64,000 bases of DNA. Origin: Podarcis filfolensis. Taxonomy: Eukaryota. Positions 39,557-51,500 of the stretch are shown piece after piece; position 1 is the stretch's first letter; the number at the start of each line of letters is the position of its first letter. A model generated the notes under the pieces. It did no database searches. It worked only from the letters and a program-made list of their open reading frames with translations, and was not told where the DNA came from. The stretch is taken from assembly GCA_964270895.1 (NCBI GenBank), contig OZ185443.1. One strand, 5' to 3'. The position numbers were made by a program, and so were the translations under genes.

Positions 39557-40925
39557 TGGTGATCTTGCTCCTCAAAAGTGAAATGGCTCTAGCGGTACGG
39601 TATAGCAATGCTTCTTTTCTTGCTTTGCCTTTCATTTCTTCTCATAATAATATTTTTGCTGGCTTGCCCCCTTTTTTGGATTCTGCTGCATTTTTTTCCC
39701 TAGGAATGCAGGTTGAGTATGAGAATGGGGAGAGCACACTGGAAATTATGACAAAAAGGAGCATTTTTGCAGAAGGGGTTCCTTCCTGTGTACCTGCCCA
39801 TTCCTGAAGTTTGATTGTGCTTATCTGTTGGCATGTTTAGTATGAAGGGAGGAGTGTAAGTAGAATAAATATTCTTCTATCTTGAAATATACAATAAAAC
39901 CATTCTGGTCTAGTTCTTGGTGTCTTTCTAGCCTTTCTTTTCTTCACTAGCAGCCTCAAGCATTCCTGTTTCACATGTTTTCATGTGCAGGAATAAACTT
40001 TTATTTGGGTGAGATGGATTCCAAATTGAAGCATTTGGGGTGGGAGGGGTATTCACAAAATAAAACTTATCTCCTACATGCATTTCTAAAGTGACTAACA
40101 ATATTTGCAATGGCAAGAACACTGTTCTCTACATAGTTCAGAGGTGATCATTTTCCATTCCATTTACAGAAGTGCTATGTGAAACCCAAGTATATGTATC
40201 CCTTCATACCAAAGTATGCATGTGCTTGAATTTCACAGAACACCTCAGTGGATGGAGTGCCCCAATAACAGAAAGTTCTGTGAGCCAACTCTTTTTTATC
40301 TTTTAAAGGAAAACGGCCTTGCCAGGTAAGATTGACATATCAATATTCTATCAGCAGCAGCAGCCCCCAAAAAGTTCATCAGGAGGGCATGAGGATGAGG
40401 ATGGCCATTCACTGCTCGTCTCCTGCATCTAGTCATCAGGTATGCTGCATCTAAACACACAGGCTGATTTCAACCTCTCTCCCATGAACTTGCCTTTTAA
40501 ATGTCACCAGAGCTGGTGGCAATGATTCACAAGAAAAAAAAAAACAGCACTACATCCACACACAGAAAAATATTTCCATTCTTTCTCCAAACTCTACCAT
40601 CAACTTCATTAGATACTTGCAATTTCTAGCACTTAGAAATGAACTCTCTCTCTTTATCTATATGTACTTGATCAAATTTTTTAAAAATTATAAACTATTT
40701 TCCTGGTTGCCATTGACTAAAAAGTTACTGACTGTAGTTCACATTAATATGCTGGACTTGAAGAACTGATCCCTCTCCCTCCCTTTCTCTTGCATGGCCA
40801 GTCTTTCTAGTTTTAAGTCTGATGGGAAGAATGGCTTGCCTCTTTCTCAGCCTCTCTCTTAATTGATGTGAGTCACCATAGAAGGCAATAGTTGTCTGAG
40901 GTGGGATAAAAATCTAGCAAAAGTA

Positions 40926-41112
40926 CAGTGGTACCTCTGAATGTGAATGGGATCCGTTCTGGAGCCCCGTTCGCATCCTGAAGCGAACACAATCCGCGTC
41001 TGCGCGTGCCGCGATTCGCTGCTTCTGCGCATGACGTCATTTTGAGCGTCTGCGCATGCAGCGCAACCCGAAAACGCTCAACCCAAAGCTATTTCAGCCC
41101 GAGGTATGACTG
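40926..41112. mobile_element. Tc1/mariner-type MITE
   Basis: TA TSD; TIRs cagtggtacctc / gaggtatgactg. Confidence 0.8.
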
Positions 41113-41626
41113 TAATATAATTTTAAAACATCCCTAAAATTGCATTTCTTTATCAAAGGGATATGCCCTACCACCAATGACCCCGATGACCACAGCTCCC
41201 AGACTATTTAATCACCACCTTTTTAAAGGACTATATTTGAAGGGTTGTATTTTTATAAAAAATCCCACTCCTTGTTTTTCAGCAGGTGTAAGAATTTTTT
41301 GTGTTAAGCTGGTGCTCAAATTAAGGGCTGGGGGAGGGTTCCAGTGACAGCCAGACCATGGAAAAACCCTCTTCTCCCTTCGCCGCTCTCACAATTTTGA
41401 TTACTGGGTTACTACTAAAAGCACACCAGATTTAATACACCCCATCCCACAGTGACAAGTAGATCAAGTTTCTGAGAGGCAGGTAGGAGCTGGGTAAGGC
41501 ACCTGGCTGTCCTCCAGATATTCCTGGTCTACAACGCCCATCACAGTCATCCTCCTCCTCCTCCTCGTCCATTGGCCATGCTAGCTAAGGAATGAAGGGT
41601 GATGGGAATAAACCCAGGAGGAAGGA

Positions 41627-42250
41627 GAGGAAGGCTGTAACAGGCAGTGATAGAGCATCTGCTTTGCGTGCACAAGGCCCCAAATTCAAACCCCTGGTGG
41701 GGCTGGGGGAGTTCCTTGCCTTAAACCCTGGAGAGTTGCTGATACCAGTCGGTACAGACGATACTCATAGCTCTCAACCTTTCCTTTTTTGCGGGAAACC
41801 CCCTTATTCCAGTGCCGTTTCCCACCGCTTCCCACTGCTATCCCGGATTGTTAGCTATCCCGTAGACTGTCCCCGGGACAGGTGAGGCTGCTGATCCCTA
41901 TTTTCGAGGCTGCTGATCCCTTATTTTCAAATCTGAAAGTTGACAGCTATGACAATACTGAGCCAGATAGATCCAACAGTCTGACTCGGAATAAAGCCGC
42001 TTCCTGCACTCTCGTTTAAATCGGCCCCTTCCTCAGATCCTTGAGGACTGTAGCCTTATTTTTAAGGGAAGGGCCACCGCAAAAGAGGCTGCCCCTGTTC
42101 CTACTTGGGAAGGGCCGCAGCTCGGCAGCCGAACATCTGCTTCGAATGAAGAAGGTCCCGGGTTCGATCCCTGGCAGCATCTCCAGGTAGGGCTGGCCAT
42201 CTCCCTGCCCCAAACCCTGGACAGCCGCCAGCCAGTCAGGGCAGGGCCAG
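41627..42250 (+). mobile_element. Two tandem Squam3-like tRNA-derived SINEs (~41627-42010, interrupted by a MITE; ~42110-42250)
   Basis: tRNA-like heads (gagcatctgcttt, aaggtcccgggttcgatccctgg) followed by the SINE body (catctccaggtagggctgg, aaaccctgg). Confidence 0.65.
41766..41951. mobile_element. hAT-type MITE with CATAGCT(G/C)TCAAC TIRs, inside a Squam3-like SINE
   Basis: TSD acgatact/acaatact; relatives at 46174-46263 and 63912-64000. Confidence 0.8.
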
Positions 42251-42269
42251 GGGGCCGGAGTCTTGCTTC

Positions 42270-43000
42270 CAGGGAACTCGGGGCACGGCAGCGGCCTGGG
42301 CTTCCTGCGTTCCAGCCGCTTCCCGAAGCGGAGCCGCAGAGCCACGCCCAAGTCCCGCGAGACTTCCCCCTGGCACCGCGAGACCGCGCGGCCTAGAGCC
42401 AAGATAGCCGCTTGCCCACCGCCCAGGGGTGGTCGGGACGAGGGGAGAATAATGGCGAGGCCCGAGGGGCGTGGCTTACTCGAGGCCCCTCCCCTCCCGC
42501 ACAGACCGCAAAGGCTCGGCCCGACCCGACAAGGCCCGACGCAGCGGGGCCTGAGGCCTTCCTCTCCCGTCGCTTCTGGGGCTCCTTTCACCACCACCAC
42601 CCGCCCCTCCGTCCCTCACCGCTGTCCCGCGGCTCCTCCGACTCTCCTGGTCCCGCTCGTTCTCCCCTTAGCAGCGGCGGCGGCTGCAGCGACAGAGCGG
42701 AGGCGGCGGCGACGCAAACGGCACCCTGCGCATGCGCACTCTGCCGTCCTATGCGCAGAAGGGAGCCGCCGCCGCGCGGGCTAGAGCGGCCGACGCTTCA
42801 TTTTCCTCCTTTCCTTTCCTGGACGCGACGAGTCTGAGGAGCGTGGGCCGCTCTACCCGCGCGACTTCATGGTGGAGGAGGAATGCGGCAAAGAGAGAGG
42901 TTGACCGGAATTACGTGGCGGCGGCTATAGGCAGTCCAAGGGGATGCGGGCTAAAGAGGTTACTGCGGAGACTTCCGGTTCGCAATTATGTATTAAAACC
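42270..43000. promoter_or_regulatory. CpG-island promoter of CLK3
   Basis: Very GC/CpG-rich. Perfect NRF1 palindrome TGCGCATGCGCA at 42727-42738, ETS/GABP motif ACTTCCGGT at 42971-42979, YY1-like AATAATGGCG at 42448-42457. Confidence 0.85.
42620..42720 (-). other. CLK3: Probable non-coding exon 1 of CLK3 (5' limit approximate)
   Basis: Minus-strand donor gacagcg|gtgagg at 42620 inside the CpG island, just downstream of an NRF1 palindrome; no ATG seen in the exon. Confidence 0.55.
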
Positions 43001-43333
43001 AGCATTTAAAAATACCCTAACACACAATTATGTTTAAAAAGGCAAACAAACTTACATTAAAACCACAGTTCCCCAAGCTGCCTGTGTCGTGTGCCTTTTA
43101 CCTGCCTGCCCCATCTCCCACCCCATAGCGCCCCTGACCCAGAGCAGGAGGGACCAGTTGGACCAAGACCATCCCTATAGAAGCGGGTTACGGGGGGACG
43201 GACCAAAGCAGCTGGACAACTTGTCGCTGCCCCAAATTGGACTCCAGCACTTTCAGAAAAACTGACCAATGAAGGGAGTCAAAGCTATAGCTGGAAAGTG
43301 ATTCTGTAGAGACACAGCATCCCTTCATGTGCA

Positions 43334-44146
43334 TAGAATCATAGAATCATAGAGTTGGAAGAGACCACAAGGGCCATCGAGTCCAACCCCCTGCCAAGCA
43401 GGAAACACCATCAGAGCACTCCTGACATATGGTTGTCAAGCCTCTGCTTAAAGACCTCCAAAGAAGGAGACTCCACCACACTCCTTGGCAGCAAATTCCA
43501 CTGTCGAACAGCTCTTACTGTCAGGAAGTTCTTCCTAATGTTTAGGTGGAATCTTCTTTCTTGTAGTTTGGATCCATTGCTCCGTGTCCGCTTCTCTGGA
43601 GCAGCAGAAAACAACCTTTCTCCCTCCTCTATGTGACATCCTTTTATGGCTATCATATCACCCCTTAACCTCCTCTTCTCCAGGCTAAACATGCCCAGCT
43701 CCCTTAGCCGTTCCTCATAAGGCATCGTTTCCAGGCCTTTGACCATTTTGGTTGCCCTCCTCTGGACACGTTCCAGTTTGTCAGTGTCCTTCTTGAACTG
43801 TGGTGCCCAGAACTGGACACAGTACTCCAGGTGAGGTCTGACCAGAGCAGAATACAGTGGCACTATTACTTCCCTTGATCTAGATGCTATACTCCTATTG
43901 ATGCAGCCCAGAATTGCATTGGCTTTTTTAGCTGCCGCGTCACACTGTTGGCTCATGTCAAGTTTGTGGTCAACCAAGACTCCTAGATCCTTTTCACATG
44001 TACTGCTCTCAAGCCAGGTGTCACCCATCTTGTATTTGTGCCTCTCATTTTTTTTGCCCAAGTGCAATACTTTACATTTCTCCCTGTTAAAATTCATCTT
44101 GTTTGTTTTGGCCCAGTTCTCTAATCTGTCAAGGTCGTTTTGAAGT
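43334..44146 (-). mobile_element. Young CR1 LINE 3' fragment, near-identical to 2821-3704
   Basis: Same sequence with a 12-nt in-frame deletion; possible GTGCA TSD at 43329-43333 and 44145-44149. Confidence 0.92.
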
Positions 44147-44509
44147 GCAAGGGAACATCAGCTACAGTGGCATCCACAGAGCTCGCTTGTGCAACTTTGG
44201 AACAACATTTCGCCATAAGACTGCAATTATTGTTGTTGCCGTTGTTATTTTATTTATACCCCAGCCACTCTTGGCGGCTTACAACATATCTGTATTCTGG
44301 GGGAGCTGGGTGGAGACAGAAATATTTGTTAGAAACAGATTATGGTTTCATGTTCTTTTGGGAAAAAAAATCCAAGTTACAAAAATCAAATAATCCAATG
44401 TCATTCGTCTCCAGGTGTTAAATGTATGGCTTGTACATACATTGGGTTAACAGACCTCTGATCATCCCAGTCGCCCTCCAGTGTCCAAATTCCAGTACAC
44501 AAGAGTATG

Positions 44510-46115
44510 TTTTTAATTTAATTTAATTTGTATACCACCCTTCAACATAAGATTTAATTCACAGACTAAAATACAAGATAAAAACACAAGTAAATAATCA
44601 AAACGAAACAGTGAAACAATAACACTCCCCCTTTCCATAGGCACATATTAAAAGGCTGTAAAATATTAATCAGTCAAAGGCCTGATCAGTCAAAGGCTGA
44701 AGAGGAACAGTTTTGCCTGGCGCCTTAAGATATATAATGAAGGTGCCAGATGAACCTCCCGGGGGAGAGCATTCCACAAAAAGGGAGCCACCGCAGAAAA
44801 GGCCCTGTTCTCGTGTTGTCACCCCCACCCCCCAACCTCACATGGAGGAGGCACATGAAGAAGGGCTTCACCTGATGCATGCAAAGTCTGGGTCACTTTA
44901 TATGGCCAGAGATGATCCTTGAGGTATTGTGCTTCTGAGCCATTTAAGGCTTTATAGGTCAGATCCATCACTTTGACTTGGGCCCAGAAGTTAATTGGCA
45001 GCCAGTACAGTCAGGTCAGGATCAGTGTAATATGCTCAAACCATATTGTCCCAGTGAGCAACCTGGCCACTGAATTCTGTGCCAACTGAAGCTTCTGAAC
45101 CGTCTTCAGAGGCAGCCCTATGTATAATGTGTTGCAGTAATCTAGCCTATTGGTTACCAGAGCGTAGACAACAGTAGTTAGGCTATCCCTGTCCAGATAG
45201 GGGCATAGCTGGGCCGCCAGCCAAAGCTGACTGAAGGCACTCTGTGCCGCTGGGGCCCCCTGAGCCTTGAGTGACAAACCTGCTCCTTCAGAGGAAGTAT
45301 AACACCATCAAGCAGGCAACCTCCCACCCACCTGGTCCAGGGAACCACCCACTAACAGTGCCTCAGTCATATCTGGATTGAGCTTCAGTTTGTTGGCTCT
45401 CACCCAGTCCATTACCAAGGCAAGACACTGGTCCAGCACTTCCACTGCCTCACCTGCAGATGTAAAGCAGAAATAGAGCTGAGTGTCATCAGCATATTGC
45501 TGACAACATACTCCAAACCTCCGGCTAACCCCACCCAGCGGTTTCATGTAGATGTTATGTTGTTGTTTAGTCGTTTAGTTGTGTCCGACTCTTCGTGACC
45601 CCACGGACCAGAGCACGCCAGACACTCCTTTTGTCTATGGAGTTTTCTTGGCAGGGATACTGGAGTGGCTTGCCGGTTCCTCCTCCAGGTGGTCAAAAGT
45701 CTCCACTATAACCTGTCCATTTTGGGTGGCCCTGCACGGCATAGCTCATAGCTTCTCTGAGTTATTCAAGCCCCTTCGCCACGACAAGGCAGTGATCCAT
45801 GAAGGGGAGATGTTATGTAGCAGGGAATAAAATTGAGCCCTGAGGAACTCCACACTGAATGCTCCATGGGGCTGAAAAGCACTCCCCAAGCATCGCCCTC
45901 TGGAAGCGACCATCCAAGTAGGACCAGAACCACCACAAAGCAGTTCCACTCACCCCCAACTCAAACAGCTGCTCCAGAAGGATACCATGGTCAATGGTAT
46001 CAAAAGCCGCCGAGAGATCAAGAAGAATTAACAGGGACAAGTTTCCCTTGTCTCTCTCTTGACAGAGGTCATCATACAGGGCGACCAAAGCAGTTTCTGT
46101 GCCAAAACCGGGCCT
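44510..46115 (-). mobile_element. L2-clade LINE fragment (RT region), interrupted at 45561-45807
   Basis: Frameshifted RT motifs GFGTETAL, LLDLSAAFDTIDH, GVPQGS, QQYADDTQLY, RLDYCN. Confidence 0.85.
45561..45807 (-). mobile_element. Short non-autonomous RTE/BovB-like element
   Basis: BovB-like 3' end (gagtcggacac to aaacgactaaacaacaac) joined to an RTE-like 5' region; 11-bp TSD AGATGTTATGT; inserted in an L2. Confidence 0.7.
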
Positions 46116-46173
46116 AAACTCCAATTGAAATGGATTTTTTAAAAAATTCAGTTTCCTCGAAGAGCATCTGGAT

Positions 46174-46263
46174 CATAGCTGTCAACTTTTCCCTTTTCTT
46201 GCGAGGAATCCTATTCGGAATAAGAGAATTTCCCTTATGAAAAGGGAAACGTTGACAGCTATG
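46174..46263. mobile_element. 90-bp hAT-type MITE
   Basis: TIR catagctgtcaac / gttgacagctatg; perfect TSD ATCTGGAT. Confidence 0.85.
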
Positions 46264-46289
46264 ATCTGGATCTGAAGCACAACCAATTA

Positions 46290-46531
46290 CAGTGGTACCT
46301 TGGGTTACATACGCTTCAGGTTACATACGCTTCAGGTTACAGACTCTGCTAACCCAGAAATATTGCTTCAGGTTAAGAACTTTGCTTCAGGATGAGAACA
46401 GAAATCGGGCTCCGGTGGCACGGCAGCAGCAGGAGGCCCCATTAGCTAAAGTGGTGCTTCAGGTTAAGAACAGTTTCAGGTTAAGTATGGACCTCCAGAA
46501 CGAATTAAGTACTTAACCCGAGGTACCACTG
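46290..46531. mobile_element. Tc1/mariner (Tigger-like) MITE
   Basis: TA TSD; TIR cagtggtacct / aggtaccactg; same family at 52957-53182 and partially at 4141-4256. Confidence 0.85.
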
Positions 46532-47063
46532 TATCTTTGTTTTCACCTACAGAATGTTCAAGGGTGTGTCATTTCTATTGACACACATACACACACACAC
46601 ATACAAACACCCTTTTCTGTGTTCTTCCTTTCTCCTCCCTGCAATGGCGGCTCCTCCCTTTTTGAGAGGTGACCCACGTTTCACAATGGCCACGTTTCAC
46701 ACTGCCTCGTTGCCACCACAGTTTCCATAGCAGCAGCTGCCCTGCTTTTTGTCTTGGGGATATGTATTTCCCCACAGCAAGCTGGTGCATACAGAAGAGA
46801 AAAGAACGTATTTGCAGGCCTCTCTCTCAGCACTGGGAATTCAGAGACACACCAGCATGCTTTGTCAGGAGGTACGGTAAGCCTAGAAAAGTCCCAGAGT
46901 TCTGGACGCTTCATTGCTGCAAGCGATTTCTCCCTTTAGAATGCTACTTGGGCTCACTTACTCAGAGCAGCTGACCTCTGGAGCAGCTTACCCGTGAGAA
47001 TCTCTAGAAGGGTCTCAGAAGGGGTTGGCACAAGGATCCGGTCTTTGCAAAGGGAGTTGAACG

Positions 47064-47205
47064 CAGTGGCGTAGCGTGGGTTGTCAGCACCCGGGGCAAG
47101 TAATTTGCGCCCCCTAACCCGTGGATTTGCGCCCCCTAACCCTAACCCGCCCGGGTTGCGCCCGGTGCGGCCGGGCCCCCCTGCACCCCCCATGCTACGC
47201 CACTG
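47064..47205. mobile_element. hAT-type MITE carrying CCCTAA repeats
   Basis: TIR cagtggcgtagc / gctacgccactg; perfect 8-bp TSD GTTGAACG. Confidence 0.88.
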
Positions 47206-48473
47206 GTTGAACGGCCACTATTTCGAGTGGGGTTCAGTCACATACCAATAGATTCAAGTGGCACAGTTCTGGTTCCTTGGGAGATCTTGTGCAACAAACC
47301 TGGTTCCCTGACCTTTTGCAGTCAGGAAAGTGACAGGAAAATACACTGGGAAGTGTGGGATAGCACTTCCTTTGATGCAATGTCAGTTTAAAGCACCCCT
47401 CCAGGAATTGTAGTTTAGCCTTCCCAGAGCTACAATGCCCAGCAGCCCTCACAAACTACAGTTCCTAAAATTCTGGGGAGGAGGGGAGGGATATAAAGGC
47501 ATGGTATTTAACCGCCCCTCAAACAAATCAGAATGACTGCTCAGTAAGCCGGTAATCTGCAAGTGCCCTCACCTTCACAAGCTGATTCTTGCACACCATT
47601 ATTCTGCTATTTGTGATATCCCTTGGATCGCACGCTGTTTGAATCCCAGCAGGAATTGAGTTCAGGATGTCAGTAATGGATAAGCCCATGCACAGTCCTC
47701 TGGGAGGTTTCAGAAAAACAGCACTCACTCATTATACTTTTAAGTGTTTTGCAATGACTTTGAAACTCACAATTTTAACCAGTGTGCAACTGTGCAATTC
47801 CAAAGAAAAAACAAACACATTTTAAATTGTCTTTAAACAGTTTTTAATTTCAGTTTTTCATGCAAATTCTAGAAATATGCTTTTGAAAGAGTCACCAAAT
47901 CTGACATTTTCAGTTCCGCATAGGTAAGTGTATCAGGTAAAGGAGATCATCAGAATTCAGGGATGGATCCAGCAATGTGGATTCTGCAAACGCCGTGATG
48001 CTCAGCGTTTCTCAGTGTTGAACAGCTTAGTCATAAGGATTTCCCAAATTCCAGGATTGTGGAAAAATCTCTATAGGCTGGGAAAGACACAGGTTCGTGA
48101 GATCTCTCATTATGATCCTTTTTTTTTTTTTTTGGCTATGTTTGGTAACATGTCTTTTAGATCCCACGATCTTCCTGGATCATCTGCCATTAACTTGGAT
48201 CCATAGATCCCAATTCTGGATCTGTGTCTAAATCTACACAACTGGAGACAGACAAAAAGACTGGGCTGTGACCATTCAACTCTTCACATGTTGCTCCAGA
48301 ATTGGAGAGGATTTGCAGGCTTGCCCTCCCAGCCCTGTCCTAGCAATAAACATTTCTCACATGGCTTCGCAGAAATTGAGTCCTTGGGATTGCCCAGCAA
48401 AGTTGCAGAAAGTTCTAGAAGAAACCACCAGCCCTCTCAACCATTTTCTGCAGCAGAGCTGAAGAGGATCAAC

Positions 48474-48515
48474 ATGGACAGGGCTCTTTCTCCAAAGGTT
48501 CTCTTTCCATCAAAG
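48474..48515 (+). CDS. Coiled-coil gene exon a (MDRALSPKVLFPSK)
   Basis: Acceptor ttttctgcag at 48453 (NAGNAG), donor AAG|gtaaga. Confidence 0.55.
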
Positions 48516-51500
48516 GTAAGAGAGCACCTTTTCTGCCTGTCAGGTTTATCCGAGGTGCTCCTGGATCTCAGTCAGCAACCCACCTGCCTCTTTCTTTCTT
48601 TTTCCTCTTGATCAGAGAGTTGTCAACGGGGCATCAGGACCGCTGGAGCTCAGCAGCTCAAGAGGCCGAGTGGGAGAATACAGCGGGGAACCCCTTCATC
48701 CCAAGCATCCCCAGAGAGCCAAGTCTATGAGTCCACCAAAAGTGCTCCACACGAAAGGCAGCAGAATGTACGTGTGTCAGGCAAGGTGAAATATACTCGG
48801 AGTCCTGTAATGATTTCATGCTCTTTATTGCAGCTCATAAAACAGTGATTGAATTGCCCCCCAAACCTCAGGCTTTTATATACATTATTTACACAATGAG
48901 TCCCATCTGATTGGCTGATTCTGCTTCCCTCCTGGAGCCTGGTTGGTCTTTTCCTGCAGGTGAATCAGTTGCTGCATTCTACGATCCTACCAGCCTACTT
49001 CTTCCTGGAGCCTGATTGGTCTTCTCCTGCAAGCCAATCAGTTGTCGCATTCTTGGATCCTACTTGCCTATTGTTCTAGGATCCAAGCTTAGTACATAAC
49101 ACAAGGTTCTGCTTTCAAAATCCTTCTTAGGAAAGGAAGCACGAGGTACAAGATGTCGTGATGGCCAGCAATTGAAATGGCTTTAAAAGAGGATTAAACA
49201 CATTCATGGGGGAGAGGGCTATCAGTAGCTTCTAGTTATGATGGCAGCAGTGCTTCTGAACAGTAGTTGCTGGAAATCATAACTGGTGAGAGGGCTTGTG
49301 AATTCAGGTCCTGCATGCAGGTTCCCATATGATCCTCTGTCTCCACAGTCAGAGGCAGGAAGCTTCTAAATACGGTTCCTGGAAGCTGCAGGAGGTGCTC
49401 AGGTCCTGCTTGTGTGCTTCCTACAGGCATAAAATTGGAGGAGACCCAAAGAGTCATAATAAGAATAAATAATAATAAAAATTATTTATACGCCGCCCTT
49501 CCCGGCCAGAGCCGGGCTCAGGGCAGCTAACACCAATAAAATCAAAGTAAAAACATACCATATTTTTCGCCCTGTAGGACGCACTTTTTCCCCTCCAAAA
49601 ATGAAGGGGAAATGTGTGTGCGTCCTATGGGGTGAATGCAGGCTTTCGCTGAAGCCTGGAGAGCGAGAGGGATCAGTTCGCACCGACCCCTCTCGCTCTC
49701 CAGGCTTCAGGAAGCTCTCCGCAAGCCTGGGGAGCCCGTGGGAGTTCCTTTGGGCTCCCTAGGCTTGTAGATAGCAGCCTGCATCTAGAAGCCTGGGCTT
49801 CGGTTCCCCGACCTGGTTTGGAGGCTGGCGGTGGGGAGAAGCGTGCTTCTCCCCGCCGCCAGCCCCACAAGCTCGGGGGACAGCGGGGAGGTGGAACACT
49901 GCCATCCCGCTGTTCCCCGACCTGGTTTGGGCTTCAGGCAGATATCCGCAAGGCGTGGGAGCCCGGCAGGAAGTCGCGCCGGTCTCCCAAGGCTTGCGGA
50001 GAGCTGCCTGTTCTGGGGGCTGGGGTCGGGGGAAGCTCGGGCTTCCCCCGCCCCAGCCCTGCGCCTGGGGAGGAAATAAATTTTTTTCTCTTTATTTCCG
50101 CCCTCCAAAACTAGGTGTGTCCTATGGGTCGGTGCACCCTATGGGGCGAAAAATATGGTAATAGGGGGGAAAGCGGGGGTGGAAGAAAAGAAAAAAAACC
50201 ACAATTTAAAATACAGGTTAAAATGCAGCCTCATTTTAAAGTAGCTGATAAATCAAGACCATAAGGGGAGGGAAACTGAGTCCAAACCAAACAGCTCTGT
50301 CTTGCAGGCCCTGCGGAAAGTTGTCAAGTCCAACGCCCTGACATGAAGGGATGACTCTGGCAAGCCACTTGTTGGACTAGATGGGCCTTTGGCCTGATCC
50401 TTATGTTCTTCCTTGTTCTTGCCAGAGATATACCAGATGGTGCAGAACACAATAGCTCAACCGTCAGAAGAGGGCATTATTTCTGTCGCCTCCCAAACTG
50501 GAAGACAAGGGAGGATAGTCCCACACAGCCACTTGCTAGAAGGAGACAGAGCTGCTCAGAGTTGGACCTGCGAACATCTTTACCAGAAGAGCTGCCAAGG
50601 AACACTGAGGCAGGAGAAACCTGCTCTGTGAGGAACCTTGAGCTGGAACTCAACATGATGCACTTTGAGCTGCTCTCCCTGAAGCAGAAGGTAATGTGGG
50701 GTGTTGTGCACAGTTTTGGATGATGCGCCTCAGAAACGAGAGAGATTCAGAAAAGGGCAATCAACGCAATCAGGCAGATAGAGCAACTCCTCTCTGGGGA
50801 AAATTTGGGCTTTTCAGTTTCGGGGAAAAGCCTAATGTGTAAGATCACGTGAGGTTTGGAGAAAGAGGCTAGAGAGACATTTTTGGAGGCCATCTGTAAT
50901 GGATGCCTTAGTTGAGATTCCGGCTTTGCAGGGGGTTGGACTAGATGACCCTTGGGGTCCCTTCCAACTCTACAATTCGATGTTTCTATGGTCCTTTGAA
51001 TGTTGGGATATTCAGAACAGGTAGAAGAAAATACTTCTCCACGCAGCACGTAGTTAAACTATGGAATTTGCTCCCAGGAAATGTAGTGATGGCCACCAAC
51101 TGTGGTGGCTTTCCGTGAGGATTAGACAAGTTCATGAGGTTAAGGCTCTCAGTGGCTAGTCATGATGATTCCAGAGTGCCTCCAGGATCACAGGCAGCGT
51201 GCCTCTTGAATAGTTGCTGAAAGCCACAGGAGGGAAGAGTGCTGCTCTTGCACTCAAATCCCCCTTGTGGGCTTCCCACTGGCATCTGTTTGGCCCCTGT
51301 GAGAAGAGGATGCTGGACTAGATGGGCCACTGACCTGATCCAGAAGGGCACTCTACCTCTCTTTCAAATCAGAACCAGTGAAGGTCCTGTGTGAGTGTCT
51401 GGAGGCGGTTGGAGGATGGATGGTGGCTAACAGATTGAGGTTGAATCCTGACAAGACAGAAGTACTGTTTTGGGGGGACAGGGGGCGGGCTGGTGTGGAG

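Noticed and set aside
42110-42175. Possible tRNA gene (GGTTCGATCCC B box)
   Set aside because: It continues into a SINE body shared with other copies, the A box is degenerate, and I found no acceptor stem.
42016-43037. Long overlapping ORFs (194, 173, 141, 101 aa) on both strands
   Set aside because: These are stop-poor frames typical of a GC-rich CpG island. They are Pro/Arg/Ala-biased with no recognisable domain.
43334-44146. Assembly duplication as the explanation for the twin CR1 copies
   Set aside because: The flanks and 5' truncation points differ, and the copies differ by substitutions and a 12-nt indel.
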